The notes beneath the pieces were generated by a model. That model ran no database searches and was not told the DNA's origin. It saw only the letters and a list, made by a program, of their open reading frames with translations. DNA of 64,000 nt from NCBI GenBank assembly GCA_951406725.2, contig OX597826.1:62124001-62188000 (forward strand). The letters run 5' to 3'. Shown one piece after another: positions 1 through 13,284 of the stretch (the first letter of the stretch is position 1; each line of letters starts with the position of its first letter). The translations under genes and the position numbers were made by a program. The DNA comes from Octopus vulgaris (taxonomy: Eukaryota).

Positions 1-6
1 TATATA

Positions 7-130
<124 letters not shown>

Positions 131-352
131 TACATACGTATGAGTGGTGGGAATTATGTGCATATGTGCGTTTCTGTGCGTGAGTATATTATATATGCAT
201 TCAGTTTTACGAAAATAATATACATACTCATATTTGCACGTATAAATCGGTAGTGGTGTGTATATGTATATCTTAAGTGTACGTTTTTACGTGTACGTTC
301 GTCTGTGCGTGTGTCCCTGTGTGTGTATATGTACGTGTCTGTATGTGTGCAC

Positions 353-386
<34 letters not shown>

Positions 387-751
387 ATGTGCGTATAGGT
401 ACCTACTTTTCCTTTCACACGGCAAATCTTTTGCAACTTAAGTTTACATATTCGTATGGGTTTATGTTCGTGATTTTTGTGGAGTCTTGGGATTTTTTTT
501 TTTAAATTTTCGCTTTTGTTTTGTTTTGTTTTTGAAGTTGTCTGAAGTTGATATAATCGTATTATATATTTAATAATTTTATTCTCCTGCAGAGATAAAT
601 CCTTGGGGAATTCTGAAGAAATGCTTCACTGAGTAAACGTTTGCTTCTACTGAAGATTCTAAGCTCGCGTCTACTTATTGAAGCTGTCATTGGTCCAGCC
701 CTTTGTAAAGTGCAATATTCCACAAGTATGCTTAACACGTCTGTCAGCTTT

Positions 752-1042
<291 letters not shown>

Positions 1043-1253
1043 TTATTTCTTTATTGCCCACAGGGGGCTAAACATAGAGGGGACAGACAAACGGATTAAG
1101 TCGATTACATCGACCCCAGTGTGTAACTGGTACTTATTTAATCGACCCCGAAAGGATGAAAGGCAAAGTCGACCTCGGCGGAATTTGAAATCAGAACGTA
1201 GCGGCAGACGAAATACCGCTAGGTAGTTCGCCCGGCCTGCTAATGATTCTGCC
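1043..1253 (-). mobile_element. SINE family C (Meta-domain-like GCCTTTCATCCTTTCGGGGTCGAT...AGTACCAG)
   Basis: Reverse complement of the copy at 29242. Confidence 0.8.
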
Positions 1254-1791
1254 AGGAGAGGAATCTTTTGAGGTTTGGATAATTCACCCTTGGAAACATG
1301 GGTGTTTCGTTTATCATCCTTAAACAAACCTTATTCAAGGACCTTTTGAGTGGAATGGGTTACTCGACGTGAAGAAAATTCTAACTGAGCCCTACCTGCA
1401 AGGGCATGCGCTGTTTATCTCGATTGTTAAAAATCTTCTTGGGCCCAGTTCTTCCTGAGGGAGACTGGCTGTTCTTCGCCTTCGTCTATGTCTGGCCAAC
1501 AGCCGCCTTCAGTCTATTCCATTTTCCATACCAGAAGAAAGAGTATCAGTGAATGGAAAACAAACATTTGTACCATAAATAAGTTATGAGAGTCCGGTTT
1601 ACTAAAAACTGTGAACTGTTAAAAATTCTTATATTACTGTAAATATACACACAAACATTGGGACCGATGCATTAGAGAGAGTGATCTTCGTAAATTGAAA
1701 ACAAAATATTTTGGCTGTGAAACGAAAAGCTTTTGCAGGCGACGCTCTCTTCACCACTTCCTGTCTGTCTGTCTGTCTGTCTCTGTCTGTC

Positions 1792-1841
<50 letters not shown>

Positions 1842-2286
1842 CTATTATTTTTATTACTCTTACAACATGTCCTTCACTGAATTACTATTTTCTCTTCACC
1901 CCTTTCACTTATACTACTCTTTCTTTTACTCCTACCAGCTGCGTGAATATATATATATATATATATTCAAATATAATAAAACACAACACTTTTATTATAT
2001 CAAAACATTCATTGTATTTATGCGTATCTCAATCTATCTTACTGTCTATCTGTCTATCTGTCCATCTCGCTCCCTTTTCTCATTGTATACTTGCAGCTCA
2101 TATGAATGGTATTTCTAGTATATGAATGGTATTTATCTGGAAGTAAATCATAGGTGTACATGTAATGAATGAAAAAAGTAAGACCCGGGTTGGTCCTGGC
2201 AGCAAGTCTTTTGATTTTTCTGCTCATATATGGTTGAAAATAATTACACCAGCAGCAATGGACAACTAAAAATCCTAACTACCAGT

Positions 2287-2848
2287 GATTAAATAAGTAC
2301 CAGTTACGCACTGGAGTCGATGTAATCGACTTAATCCGTTTGTCTGTCCTTGTTTGTCCTCTCTGTGTTTAGCCCCTTGTGGGTAGTAAAGAAATAGGTA
2401 TTTCTTCTGCCGTTACATTCTGAGTTCAAATTCTGCCGAGGTCAACTTTGCCTTTCATCCTTTCGGGGTCGATTAAATAGGTAGCAGTTACGCACTGAAG
2501 TCGATGTAATCAACTTAATCCGTTTGTCTGTCCTTGTTTGTCCTCTCTGTGTTTAGCCCCTTGTGGGTAGTAAAGAAATAGGTATTTCGTCTACCGTTAC
2601 GTTCTGATTTCAAATTCTGCCGAGGTCAACTTTGCCTTTCATCCTTTCGGGGTCGATTAAATAGGTAGCAGTTACGCACTGAAGTCGATGTAATCAACTT
2701 AATCCGTTTGTCTGTCCTTGTTTGTCCTCTCTGTGTTTAGCCTCTTGTGGGTAGTAAAGAAATAGGTATTTCGTCTACCGTTACGTTCTGATTTCAAATT
2801 CTGCCGAGGTCAACTTTGCCTTTCGTCCTTTCGGGGTCGATTAAATAA
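2287..2848 (+). repeat. Three tandem 184-bp units derived from a SINE body (headless, permuted)
   Basis: GATTAAATA recurs at 2287, 2471, 2655 and 2839. The unit contains TTTGCCTTTCATCCTTTCGGGGTCGATTAAATA, shared with the dispersed SINEs. Confidence 0.9.
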
Positions 2849-3149
2849 ACTGGAAAACCCTAAGAATGATAACCATGAGCTAATTCTAGCTGAGAAATGT
2901 ATTAGCCTTTGGCTTGTTACTTGATTGCTAAATACATTAATCAACATTTTTCACATCACACAATTTCGTTTCAAGGAGGTACGATAACAATGCGAATAAA
3001 AGATCTGCACAAGTGCTTCTTATTCATCAGGTTTAATATAAATGAATAACTTAAAGCAACGGATTATACAATCTGCCTAAAGCAAAGGATTATACAATCT
3101 GCCTATGTTCGTTTGGGAAACACATTCATAATTTTCTTTCTTTTTACTG

Positions 3150-3580
3150 CATGCATTTAACTGTAGCATGAACGAATTTGTCCAAGTTCCACGAAAGTAT
3201 TGCAGATCGTTTTATGTTAGTGGCGTTATTGATTATTTATTTATTGAACGATTCATCTTTGCAAAACATTGTCTCAAATTCATTTTCAGTCATTTCCTCC
3301 GTGTCTCCTTCGTTTTCGTGAACTTCTTCATAATTCGATCTAACTTAAAATGGCGATCGGTTAACACGTTCTGAAAAGTATCGAATTAAATCACTAACAA
3401 CTGGATCGTCTATTCTATGAGAAGAAAAGCCGAGCCACCTTCCAATAGTATATATTTCTTATCCAATAATTTCTTGTTGTTGAAGCAATTAGCTTAATCA
3501 TTAGCACTTCCAAGCAAACTATGTTTACAGAAGGCTCGCACGTTAGTAAATTGTTTGTCAGTTTTACTCCATGTTATTTG
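3150..3580 (-). mobile_element. Possible pogo/Tigger transposase C-terminal remnant
   Basis: Minus-strand degenerate LT..L...SVN and IR.F motifs, plus an acidic tail NYEEVHENEGDTEEMTENEFE. Confidence 0.3.
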
Positions 3581-3660
3581 AATATTTTCTTTGAATGTTA
3601 TAAGCGGCTTCTAAACTTATACTATTATTCGTACACTTGAATTTTCCTTCTACAACTAGA

Positions 3661-3790
3661 ACAGGTATGTCTCTGTGGTTAAGAAGCTCGCTTTGTAATT
3701 ATGCATTTTGGGGATTCAGTTTTACTGTGCGGCATGACAACTGCCAAATGCCCTGTGCGTGAATTCAATAGACGGAAACTTCGTGGAAGC

Positions 3791-3832
<42 letters not shown>

Positions 3833-4065
3833 GTATGTGTATCTCTTTGTGTTTATGTCTGTCACCCTCTCTCCCCGCACACACAACCACGTGACAACGG
3901 TGTTGGATTGTTTACGTTTGTACAACGTAGCGGTTCGGCAAAAGAGTTCCATAGAATGAGTTCAAGCCTTTAAAAAATAAGTACTGGTATCAATTTGTTA
4001 GACTAAACACTCCGAGGCGGTGCTACAGCATGACCGTGTTTTAAAGACTAAAACAAGTATAAATA
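3661..4065 (+). mobile_element. SINE family B (tRNA head, CORE-like middle, internal (TA)/(TG)n)
   Basis: Dispersed repeat with GACGGAAACT and TAGCGGTTCGGCAAAAGAG blocks seen in many copies in this window. Confidence 0.7.
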
Positions 4066-4194
4066 GAGGGATTCTTTCAAAGACATAAAAATAGCAACTA
4101 TTAACCGATAAACAGTCAGTGAAAACCATGCTATTTTCGGGAGCAAAAATATGATTGTTAGATTTTTGCACAAATCCGTCAGTGCCATTCCCAT

Positions 4195-4579
4195 GGATGG
4201 AAGCACTCCGTCGGTTACGACGATGAGGGTTCCGGTTGACCCGATCAACGGAACAGCCTGCTCGTGGAATTAACGTGTAAGTGGCTGAGCACTCCACAGA
4301 TACGTGTACCCTTAACGTAGTTCTCGGGGATATTCAGCGTGACACAGAGAGTGACAAGGCCGGCCCTTTGAAATACAGGTACAACAGAAACAGGAAGTAA
4401 AAGTGAGAGAAAGTTGTGGTGAAAGAGTACAGCAGGGATTACCACCATCCCCTGCCGGAGCCTCGTGGAGCTTTAGGTGTTTTCGCTCAATAAACACTCA
4501 CAATGCCCGGTCTGGGAATCAAAACCGCGATCCTATGACCGCGAGTCCGCTGCCCTAACCACTGGGCCATTGCGCCTCC
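4195..4579 (-). mobile_element. tRNA-derived SINE (family A), full length, flanked by a 157-bp direct duplication
   Basis: Head GGAGGCGCAATGGCCCAGTGGTTAGGGCAGCGGACTCG with pol III A/B-box-like motifs; near-identical to 12895-13284. Confidence 0.9.
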
Positions 4580-5601
4580 GTTTTAAAGACTAAAACATGT
4601 ATAAATAGAGGGATTATTTCAAAAACATAAAAATAGCAACTATTAACCAATAAAAAGTCTGTGAAAACCACGCTATTTTCGGGAGCAAAAATATGATTGT
4701 TAGATTTTTGCACAAATCCCTCAGTACTGTTCCCATATCAAAACTATTACATCATTTCTCGAAATGTCAATGTTACAGTTCTTTTTCTTATTAGACTGTC
4801 ACAATACGCTAGGAACTGTCGATTATAATCATTTAGAGACACTGTAAATGTTACAGAAATATACACTTTGACACTTCAGCCTTTTCAGCCTACATTCGTG
4901 TCATGGTTTTTCTGTCATTGACAACAATATTTTTAAAGATTTTTTTTTCCACACAACCTGTGTGTTTTGTCTACATTGAATATTTACTTCTCATATAGTT
5001 TTCTTTTTCAAATTAATGCTATATTTATATCTTTCACATTTGTCAGCACCTGCAGGCAGCCTTACGTACTGTGTGCGTGTGTGTGTGCGTACGTGCATCT
5101 CCATATATTCTATATAGTACATCAAATACATGGCTTACGCGAAACACGTTCGGTACTGGTCCAGTCCACTGAACAGAAGTAGAGCGTATTGAGTTTATCT
5201 GTATCTCATTACAGTAGAGTCTATCACACAAAGGTTGAGTACATAGAATCACTATGATATTTAAACACAAATGAGCCAACGAAGGTATTTCTTAGATTCA
5301 GAATATTGAATTGTTCACATTCCGGATCGAGTTGGCAGCATGCGCTGGTTAAGAATGTCCGAATAAGTTCTACCAGACGATGATGTTGGTGATCGTTCAC
5401 AGCAACAACACAGCTCAGAGGTCTATATCATATTATATATAGTACAACTAAGACGTATTAGGGTACAAAACAGAGCCCGTTCACACTTAGAATTACCAAA
5501 CACCCGGCAGTATTATGGTATACTTCCAATTCTAGGCTTAGTGGACTAACGCATTTATTAAATAGTTGTCTAGACATACTCCTTCTTCTTGACTCTATTT
5601 A

Positions 5602-5644
<43 letters not shown>

Positions 5645-6654
5645 CATGTATCTATATATATGTATGTATATGTGTATAGTCTGGACAAACAAATATTTAT
5701 TAGTGCGTCTATGTGTGCTACGGTATTGTATTTCTTTGTACAGCAAACAACCGTAAAAGTTCGGGGGCTGTTTTAGAGGAATTTTCATAGGGGACTGGTA
5801 GAATATAAAAATATAAAAGAATATATGAAGTTTGAAGTTGTTTGCGTTTGCTGCATTTCAAATAAATTCTTCTGCAACTGTAAAGATTCTAACATTTCTA
5901 GTTGTAGTTGAAATTCGAAATAGAAAAGAAAACAGATAACGGGTTTTTATTTTTTAAAAAACGGTAAAAGGTAAGTAGAAGACAACGTCAAAGGAAAAAG
6001 CGATCGATATTTACCCATTTCAAAATTTATATGTAACCTAAAACGCTGCTCAGGAGAACATTAATATTTTTAAGCAATAGTTTTTAAAATAGGGAATGTT
6101 TTGGGAATGAATTTCAAGTTGTAGGCCAGTTGATAAAAAATGAAAAATTCAATTCCTTGTTGTGTTCGTAATTTATGTACGATATATCATATTTTATATT
6201 ATTCTTTATCAATGTGTATGAAGCATTAAGAATAGATTTAGGAACTCACGTATTTAGAATGATATAGTTAGTGATTGTGAACAAAAATAAGTAGCAAGCG
6301 TATTCCCTCGTTTTGAAATGTTTAGGTTTCATTGTTATTTGAATATTTGATGATTTAAGTGTGTATCATTTACCATTATAGAGGCGCAGGTGTTGCTTCC
6401 CACCTACATGTGTCCGGGTTCATTTCCACTGTGTGGCACCTTAGGCGAGTGTCTTCTGCAATAGCCTCGATCAGATTAAAGCCTTTTGGGTGGATTTGGT
6501 GGACAGAAACTGAAAGAAGAACGTCCTGTGTACACACACACACACACTCACACACACACACATACACACACACGCACAAACACACATACGCATACACGCA
6601 CATTTATTAGTTAATAAATTTCATGGTATACGCCTGGTAGAATGCCGACAAAGC

Positions 6655-6693
<39 letters not shown>

Positions 6694-7332
6694 ATAACGG
6701 CTTGACAGTTATGTCTGATATTTTCGTTCCCGTAATTTAACGGTCCGGCATAGGAACCAATAAACTGACCTACAAGCCGTATGTACCAGGGTCGATTCGT
6801 TCGCCAAAAATTATTCATGGTGTTACCCCAACACAGCAATGGTCTAATGACTGAATTAAGTACATGAAAACAGTTACAATAAAAAAAAAGATTGTGTGGC
6901 TTGTAACTGAAGTATTCCCACGCACCGCTTGTTTAATGCTGGAGCAAGTTGGGACACCACGTCACTTGTCGACCAATATTATGTCTTACTATGGCGGCGA
7001 GCTGGTAGAATCGTTAGTGCACATAGGAAGTCGCTTGGCAGCATTTCGTTCGCCTTTACGTTGAAATTCCGCCGAGATCTGCTTTGCCTTTCATCCTTTC
7101 AAATAAGTAGCAGTTTAGCGCCGGGATCGATGTAATCGACTGACATGAAATTGCTAGTCCTATGCTATAATTTGAAATCAGTATTATGTGCTACTTACGA
7201 GCGAATATGTTACCGTGAAATAGAGAGAAACTTGTCAGAAAACGACACTAAAGTAGAAGTGAAGAAACAAAGATGAACATGATTGGTAACGGCGACGGTG
7301 TTGCTTCCTGTAGTCGACGAAACTGTGAATAC

Positions 7333-8578
7333 AGTAATGCAAATAGCTTCAAAAAACGAACAAAATAGAAAACAGCTTTCAGTCTTTAAGGAAGCTGAAA
7401 AATGCAAAAACGAAGTCATACTGCCAAACAAGTATAAAATAAAGAATAAACAACAAAAGCTGTAAAACAACTGAAATTCAAACTAAAGCTGGAACAGCAA
7501 TGGATCATGAAAAAACGATGACAAGAGAAGCCACTTCATGGCAAGTACTGAGTTAAACTAAAGGCAAAAGAAATAGACAAACCAAAACCCCAACAATGAC
7601 CGAGAAGCTCAGGACTCAAAGCAGAGACTGAAGGATTTTAATTGCAGCACAAGACCAAAGCCTCCCCACCAAAAACTACCAAAAACATTATGAAAAGAAA
7701 TATAACTAGTAACTGCAGAATATGTGGAGATGGACAAGGAACAATAAATCATATTATCTCTGGCTGCCCAGTCCTGGCTAAGAAGGAATATATTCACAGA
7801 TATGACCTATATACATTGGAAGATATGCCAACACTATGGAATAACAGCAGAAAAGTATGATATAGGCACACGCTAAAAAAGGTGGCACAAAATGAGGAAG
7901 CAACCATACCATGGGATATGCCAATACACACAGATAGAGAAATTAAGGACAATAGGCCGGATATAGTTGTCAAAGATCACGAAAAAAAGGCTTTCTAATC
8001 AATATATCAATACCAAAAACATTATGAAAAGAAATATAACTAGTAACTGCAGAATATGTGGAGATGGACAAGGAACAATAAATCATATTATCTCTGGCTG
8101 CCCAGTCCTGGCTAAGAAGGAATATATTCACAGATATGACCTATATACATTGGAAGATATGCCAACACTGGATATAGTTGTCAAAGATCACGAAAAAAAG
8201 GCTTTCTAATCAATATATCAATACCAACATATGACAACATTTCTCTAAAAGAAATGGGGAAACTTTCAAAATACAAAGATAAGGAAATAGAGGTCATTCG
8301 AATGTGGAGTCTAAAAAGAGAAACAATTCCTATCATTATAGGCGCGTTGGGTATTATAAAAAAAATACTCAGACAAATACATAACTAAAACACCAGGAAT
8401 AACAGGTATATATAACATACAGAAAATAGCATCACTAGACACCGCATATATCCTGCGTAAAACACTTTCAAATACAGCAACAGTAAGAGCACCACACAAA
8501 CCACAGCACATACCCAAGGCAAACAGAGCTGCGCTCGGTAGTTCAGTGAAAGCACGTAATAAAAGCGAGACTAGTGAA
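7333..8578 (+). mobile_element. R4/Dong-clade non-LTR retrotransposon 3' fragment (CCHC plus restriction-like endonuclease)
   Basis: SGLKAETEGF, AAQDQSL, CRICGDGQGTINHIISGC, RPDIVVKD, KLSKYKD and IPII.GALG motifs; ends in (TAA)n. Confidence 0.9.
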
Positions 8579-8664
8579 TGATAATAATAATAATAATAAT
8601 AATAGTAATAATAATAATAATAATAATAGTAGTAGTAGTAGTAATAATAATAATAATAGTAATA

Positions 8665-9306
<642 letters not shown>

Positions 9307-9323
9307 TAATAATAATAATAATG

Positions 9324-9356
<33 letters not shown>

Positions 9357-9386
9357 TTAATAATAATAATAATAATGATAATAATC

Positions 9387-9468
<82 letters not shown>

Positions 9469-9499
9469 TAATAAAGAAAGGCAATTAAAAATAATACAA

Positions 9500-9630
9500 T
9501 CTCTTAAAATTTGAAATAGAAAGAATTTGGAGCATGCAAACAGTCAAGGTCGGGCCTGTAATAATTGGTGCGTTGAGAACAGTATGCTAAGATATAGACA
9601 ATGGCTGAAGGAGATTGAAACAGAATTCTC
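9500..9630 (+). mobile_element. Short R4/Dong-like RLE fragment
   Basis: Translates as LKFEIERIWSMQTVKVGPVIIGAL. Confidence 0.55.
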
Positions 9631-9651
9631 AAAAAAAAAAAAATAATAATT

Positions 9652-10035
9652 CTTTTTTCGTTTCACTCAATTGACTGCGGCCATGCTGGAGCACCACTTT
9701 TAGTCGAGCAAATTGACCCCAGAACTTATTCTTTCTAAGCCTAGTACTTATTCTATCGGTCCCTTTTGCCGAACCGCTAAGTTACGGGGATGTAAACACA
9801 CCAGCATCGGGTGTCAAGCGATATTGGGGGACAGACACAGACACACAAACACACACATATATACATATATGTATACGATGGGCTTCTTTCAGTTTCCGCC
9901 TACCAAGTCCACTCACAAGGCTTTGGTCAGCCAGAGGCTATAGTAGAAGACACTTTCACAAGGTGCCACGCAGTAGGACCGAACGCGGAAACATGTGGTT
10001 GGTAAGCAAGCTACTTAACACAGAACCACGCCTCG
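9652..10035 (-). mobile_element. SINE family B
   Basis: Reverse complement of the family consensus (GACTGCGGCCATGCTGGAGCACC...GGTGCCACGCAGT). Confidence 0.8.
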
Positions 10036-10691
10036 CCTACAAATTGATGAAAGTAATTTTTTTTTTTTTTTTGTATCATGCGAAATATTTTCAGGGGGTG
10101 CCTTAGTGATCTATACATTTACAATGCCAATCCCTAATTTAAATGTGTCTGAAATACATATAACCTAAATAGTGATGTTTTGCTTTAACATCAGATCTGG
10201 GATGCTATGCTTCTGGTTAATGATTCTTTCATTACTATTTTGCCGAGAATAATAACTACGTTTTGCTGTTGGAACCACAATAAGACAAAACAGAAGTCAA
10301 CCCGCTGCAAGGTATAGAACATCACACACACACAGACACACACAAACACACACACACACATACAAACAAACACACACACACACGCATACGTTCATCCTGC
10401 ATGAATACATACATACATACATACATACATACATACATACATACATACATACATACATACATACATACATACATACATACATACATACATACATACATAC
10501 GCATGCGTTTATTTTCATTTTATCTTGCACGCCTTTCCGCATTGTACTTCTGTCTTGAAGCATTTAGAAAATATTATTGACTACAGTAGTTTTTCATAAA
10601 GCGCGGTACTTTCGCAGAACCACAAAGTTACAGAGAGGTAAACACACCAGCATTGACTGACAAGTGATGCTGGGGGCGGCAACACACACAT

Positions 10692-10745
<54 letters not shown>

Positions 10746-10747
<2 letters not shown>

Positions 10748-10860
10748 AATTTTCAGAATGAGATAAAAACTCCAAGAGTGTGAAAGATTTTAGAACATTT
10801 TTAAATGTCTTACGACAGTTTCCCGGATTTTTGATATATCCCTTCATCGGAGACTATGTT
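10746..10860 (-). mobile_element. (TA)n-adjacent short element with hammerhead-like motif (Penelope pLTR/retrozyme-like)
   Basis: Minus strand 10807-10854 reads GTCT-CCGATGA-agGGAT...ATCCgg-GAAAC-tgtc-GTA-AGAC. Same family as 47195-47310. Confidence 0.55.
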
Positions 10861-10919
10861 AGAGAATGGTTAAGCAATAGCTAATTTAACTCTCATAATC
10901 ACTCTCTCTCTCCCTCCCC

Positions 10920-10981
<62 letters not shown>

Positions 10982-10983
<2 letters not shown>

Positions 10984-11250
10984 AATTTAGTTGTGCAGAA
11001 TTAGATTATCATCCAAGATGGCCTTTCCATCCGGAAACATTTTCGAATCATTTTTAAATTTGATACGAAATGTTTAAGTAGTCTTGACTATTAATTCTGC
11101 CATGAAAGGAACCATGTTAGAGGCGGTTTCGAAGCAATAGCTATCCCCACCCCCAGATCATCAACGATCTCTCCTCCATGTTTAACAGTTGGAAGAAGGC
11201 AGTCTGGGTCATATGCTTCTTTGGCTGTCTCCAAACGTATATCGGCCGTA
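10982..11250 (-). mobile_element. Inverted partial duplicate of the adjacent Tc1 internal region (~11908-12183)
   Basis: Reverse complement matches, including the apparently copy-specific GATCTGGGGGTGGGGATA and GGATGGAAAGGCCATC, with many small deletions. Confidence 0.8.
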
Positions 11251-11280
11251 TACATATATATATACATATATACATATATT

Positions 11281-12483
11281 CAGGGGTTGGACAAAATAAT
11301 GAAAACACCTAGCATCATAGCATCAGAATTTTGAAATACCTATAAAACCGTCAAAAAGCTTGTTTAATTTTGTTTTTTGATTTATATTAGTGTTCCATAA
11401 TATGCTTTGCTAAAAATGCTGTTTCTTTTCAGATTTTATCAATAAAAGGTTATTAAAATTCATTACAATTACAGATCTATCGGACTTTCAAAGAGATTAA
11501 ATTGTTGCTGCTTTTATGGCAGACGCTAGCGTGACGAAAACAACCAAAATGTTTGGTGTATCAAGATGTACTGTCTCGAAAGTAATGACACCTTTTGAGA
11601 AAGAGAGAAAACCCTCCTCGTCGAAACAAAACTCCGGAAGAAAACCAAAACTTTCAGATAGAGACAGTCTGATTCTTACGCGAATTGTTAGAAAGGACCA
11701 CGAAAGTACAACTCCAAAATTACTGTTCGCCGGGATCTGTACAAACCCGGATTTCACGGGAGGGCTGCCATCAGAAAAACCACTATTTTCAAAAACAAAC
11801 GTTGCAAAGCATTGAGAGTGGAATAAAAACCTACAGAATTGGTCCCTAGAGCAGTGGAATAATTTTATTTCCTCGGAAGAGTCATCCTTTACCTTAATTC
11901 CGACCACCGGCCGAGTATACGTTTGGAGACAGCCAAAAGAAGCATATGACCCAGACTGCCTTCTTCCAACTGTTAAACATGGAGGAGGATCGTTGATGAT
12001 CTGGGGGTGGGGATATATCTTCGAAACCCGCCGGACCAATGGTTCCTTTCATGGTAGAATTAATAGTCAAGACTACTTAAGCATTATATGTAATCAAATT
12101 TATCCTATGATTGCGGAACTGTTTCCGGATGGAAAGGCCATCTTTCAGGATGATAATGCACTAATTCGCACAGCTAAAGTTGCTACTGAATGGTACAAGG
12201 AACATTCTAGTGAAGATGAACATTTTATCTAGCCACCACAGTCCCCACATCTCAATATTATTAAAAATAACGAGTCAATATCCTCCGTCATCATCACTAC
12301 AAGAACTGGAGACTATTTTAGCTGAAGAATGGACAAAAATACCTTTGGAAACAATTCAAAATTTGTACGACACCATACCTCGGAGAATTCAAGGTATAAT
12401 TACTAACAAAGTCTGTCCTACTCCATATTAAAATAAATTTGTTTGAAATTTTAAGGTGTTTCTATTATTTTGTCCAAACCCTG
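11281..12483 (+). mobile_element. Tc1-like DNA transposon, both ends present, transposase pseudogenised
   Basis: TIRs CAGGGGTTGGACAAAATAATGAAAACACCT / AGGTGTTTCTATTATTTTGTCCAAACCCTG in TA context. ORF fragments include an HTH region (FGVSRCTVSK, SGRKPKLSDRD), KHGGGS.MIWG and IFQDDNA, with stops and frameshifts. Confidence 0.9.
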
Positions 12484-12535
12484 TATATATATATGGCGGC
12501 TATTTTCAGCATGGTGGTATCTCGTATATACCCAA

Positions 12536-12573
<38 letters not shown>

Positions 12574-12894
12574 TATATATGAGAAAAAGGAGGCAGTCAG
12601 AATTTTGGATAATCATTTATTAGCACTTTCTTTCGTTTTCGAACTACAAAACGTTTCGTTGTTCATTTATATGAATCAGATGTGTTTTTTTTTTGTTTTG
12701 TTTAGAAGAAGGGAAGTTTTGGGGAAGATGGGGTAGGGAAAGAAAGGATAGTAAAGTGGTGTGAGACAGATCAGAGAGAGAGGTTTCAGAACAATCAAGA
12801 AAGAGCATTGTTCCGAAACCTCTCTCTCTCTGTTTATTTCTCATCCGCTCTGCTTTTCTAATTGCCTCCCTTCTCTCAATATACAATATCTGTA

Positions 12895-13284
12895 GTGTGG
12901 AGGCGCAATGGCCCAGTGGTTAGAGCAGCGGACTCGCGGTCATAGGATCGCGGTTTCGATTCCCAGACCGGGCATTGTGAGTGTTTATTGAGCGAAAACA
13001 CCTAAAAGCTCCACGAGGCTCCGGCAGGAGATGGTGGTGATCCCTGCTGTACCCTTTCACCACAACTTTCTCTCACTCTTACTTACTGTTTCTGTTGTAC
13101 CTGTATTTCAAGGGGCCGGCCTTGTCACTCTCAGTGTCACGCTGAATATCCACGAGAACTACGTTAAGGGTGCATGTGTCTGTGGAGTGATCAGCCACTT
13201 ACACGTTAATTTCACGAGCAGGCTGTTCCGTTGATTCGGATCAACCGGAACCCTCATCGTCGTAACCGACGGAGTGCTTCCATC
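12895..13284 (+). mobile_element. tRNA-derived SINE (family A) with 14-bp TSD
   Basis: ATACAATATCTGTA occurs at 12881-12894 and 13285-13298; tRNA-like head with GGTTTCGATTCCC B-box. Confidence 0.9.

Noticed and set aside
580-625. Minus-strand FRIPQGFISAGE resembling an LTR-retrotransposon RT motif
   Set aside because: Single short motif with no supporting neighbours.
12580-12700. Further hammerhead candidates (also 45870-45900 and 52540-52620)
   Set aside because: GAAAC/GAAAT boxes are present but the core or helix I is missing; not distinguishable from chance by eye.
12897-12975. tRNA gene
   Set aside because: It is the tRNA-like head of a SINE that continues into a repeated body with a TSD.
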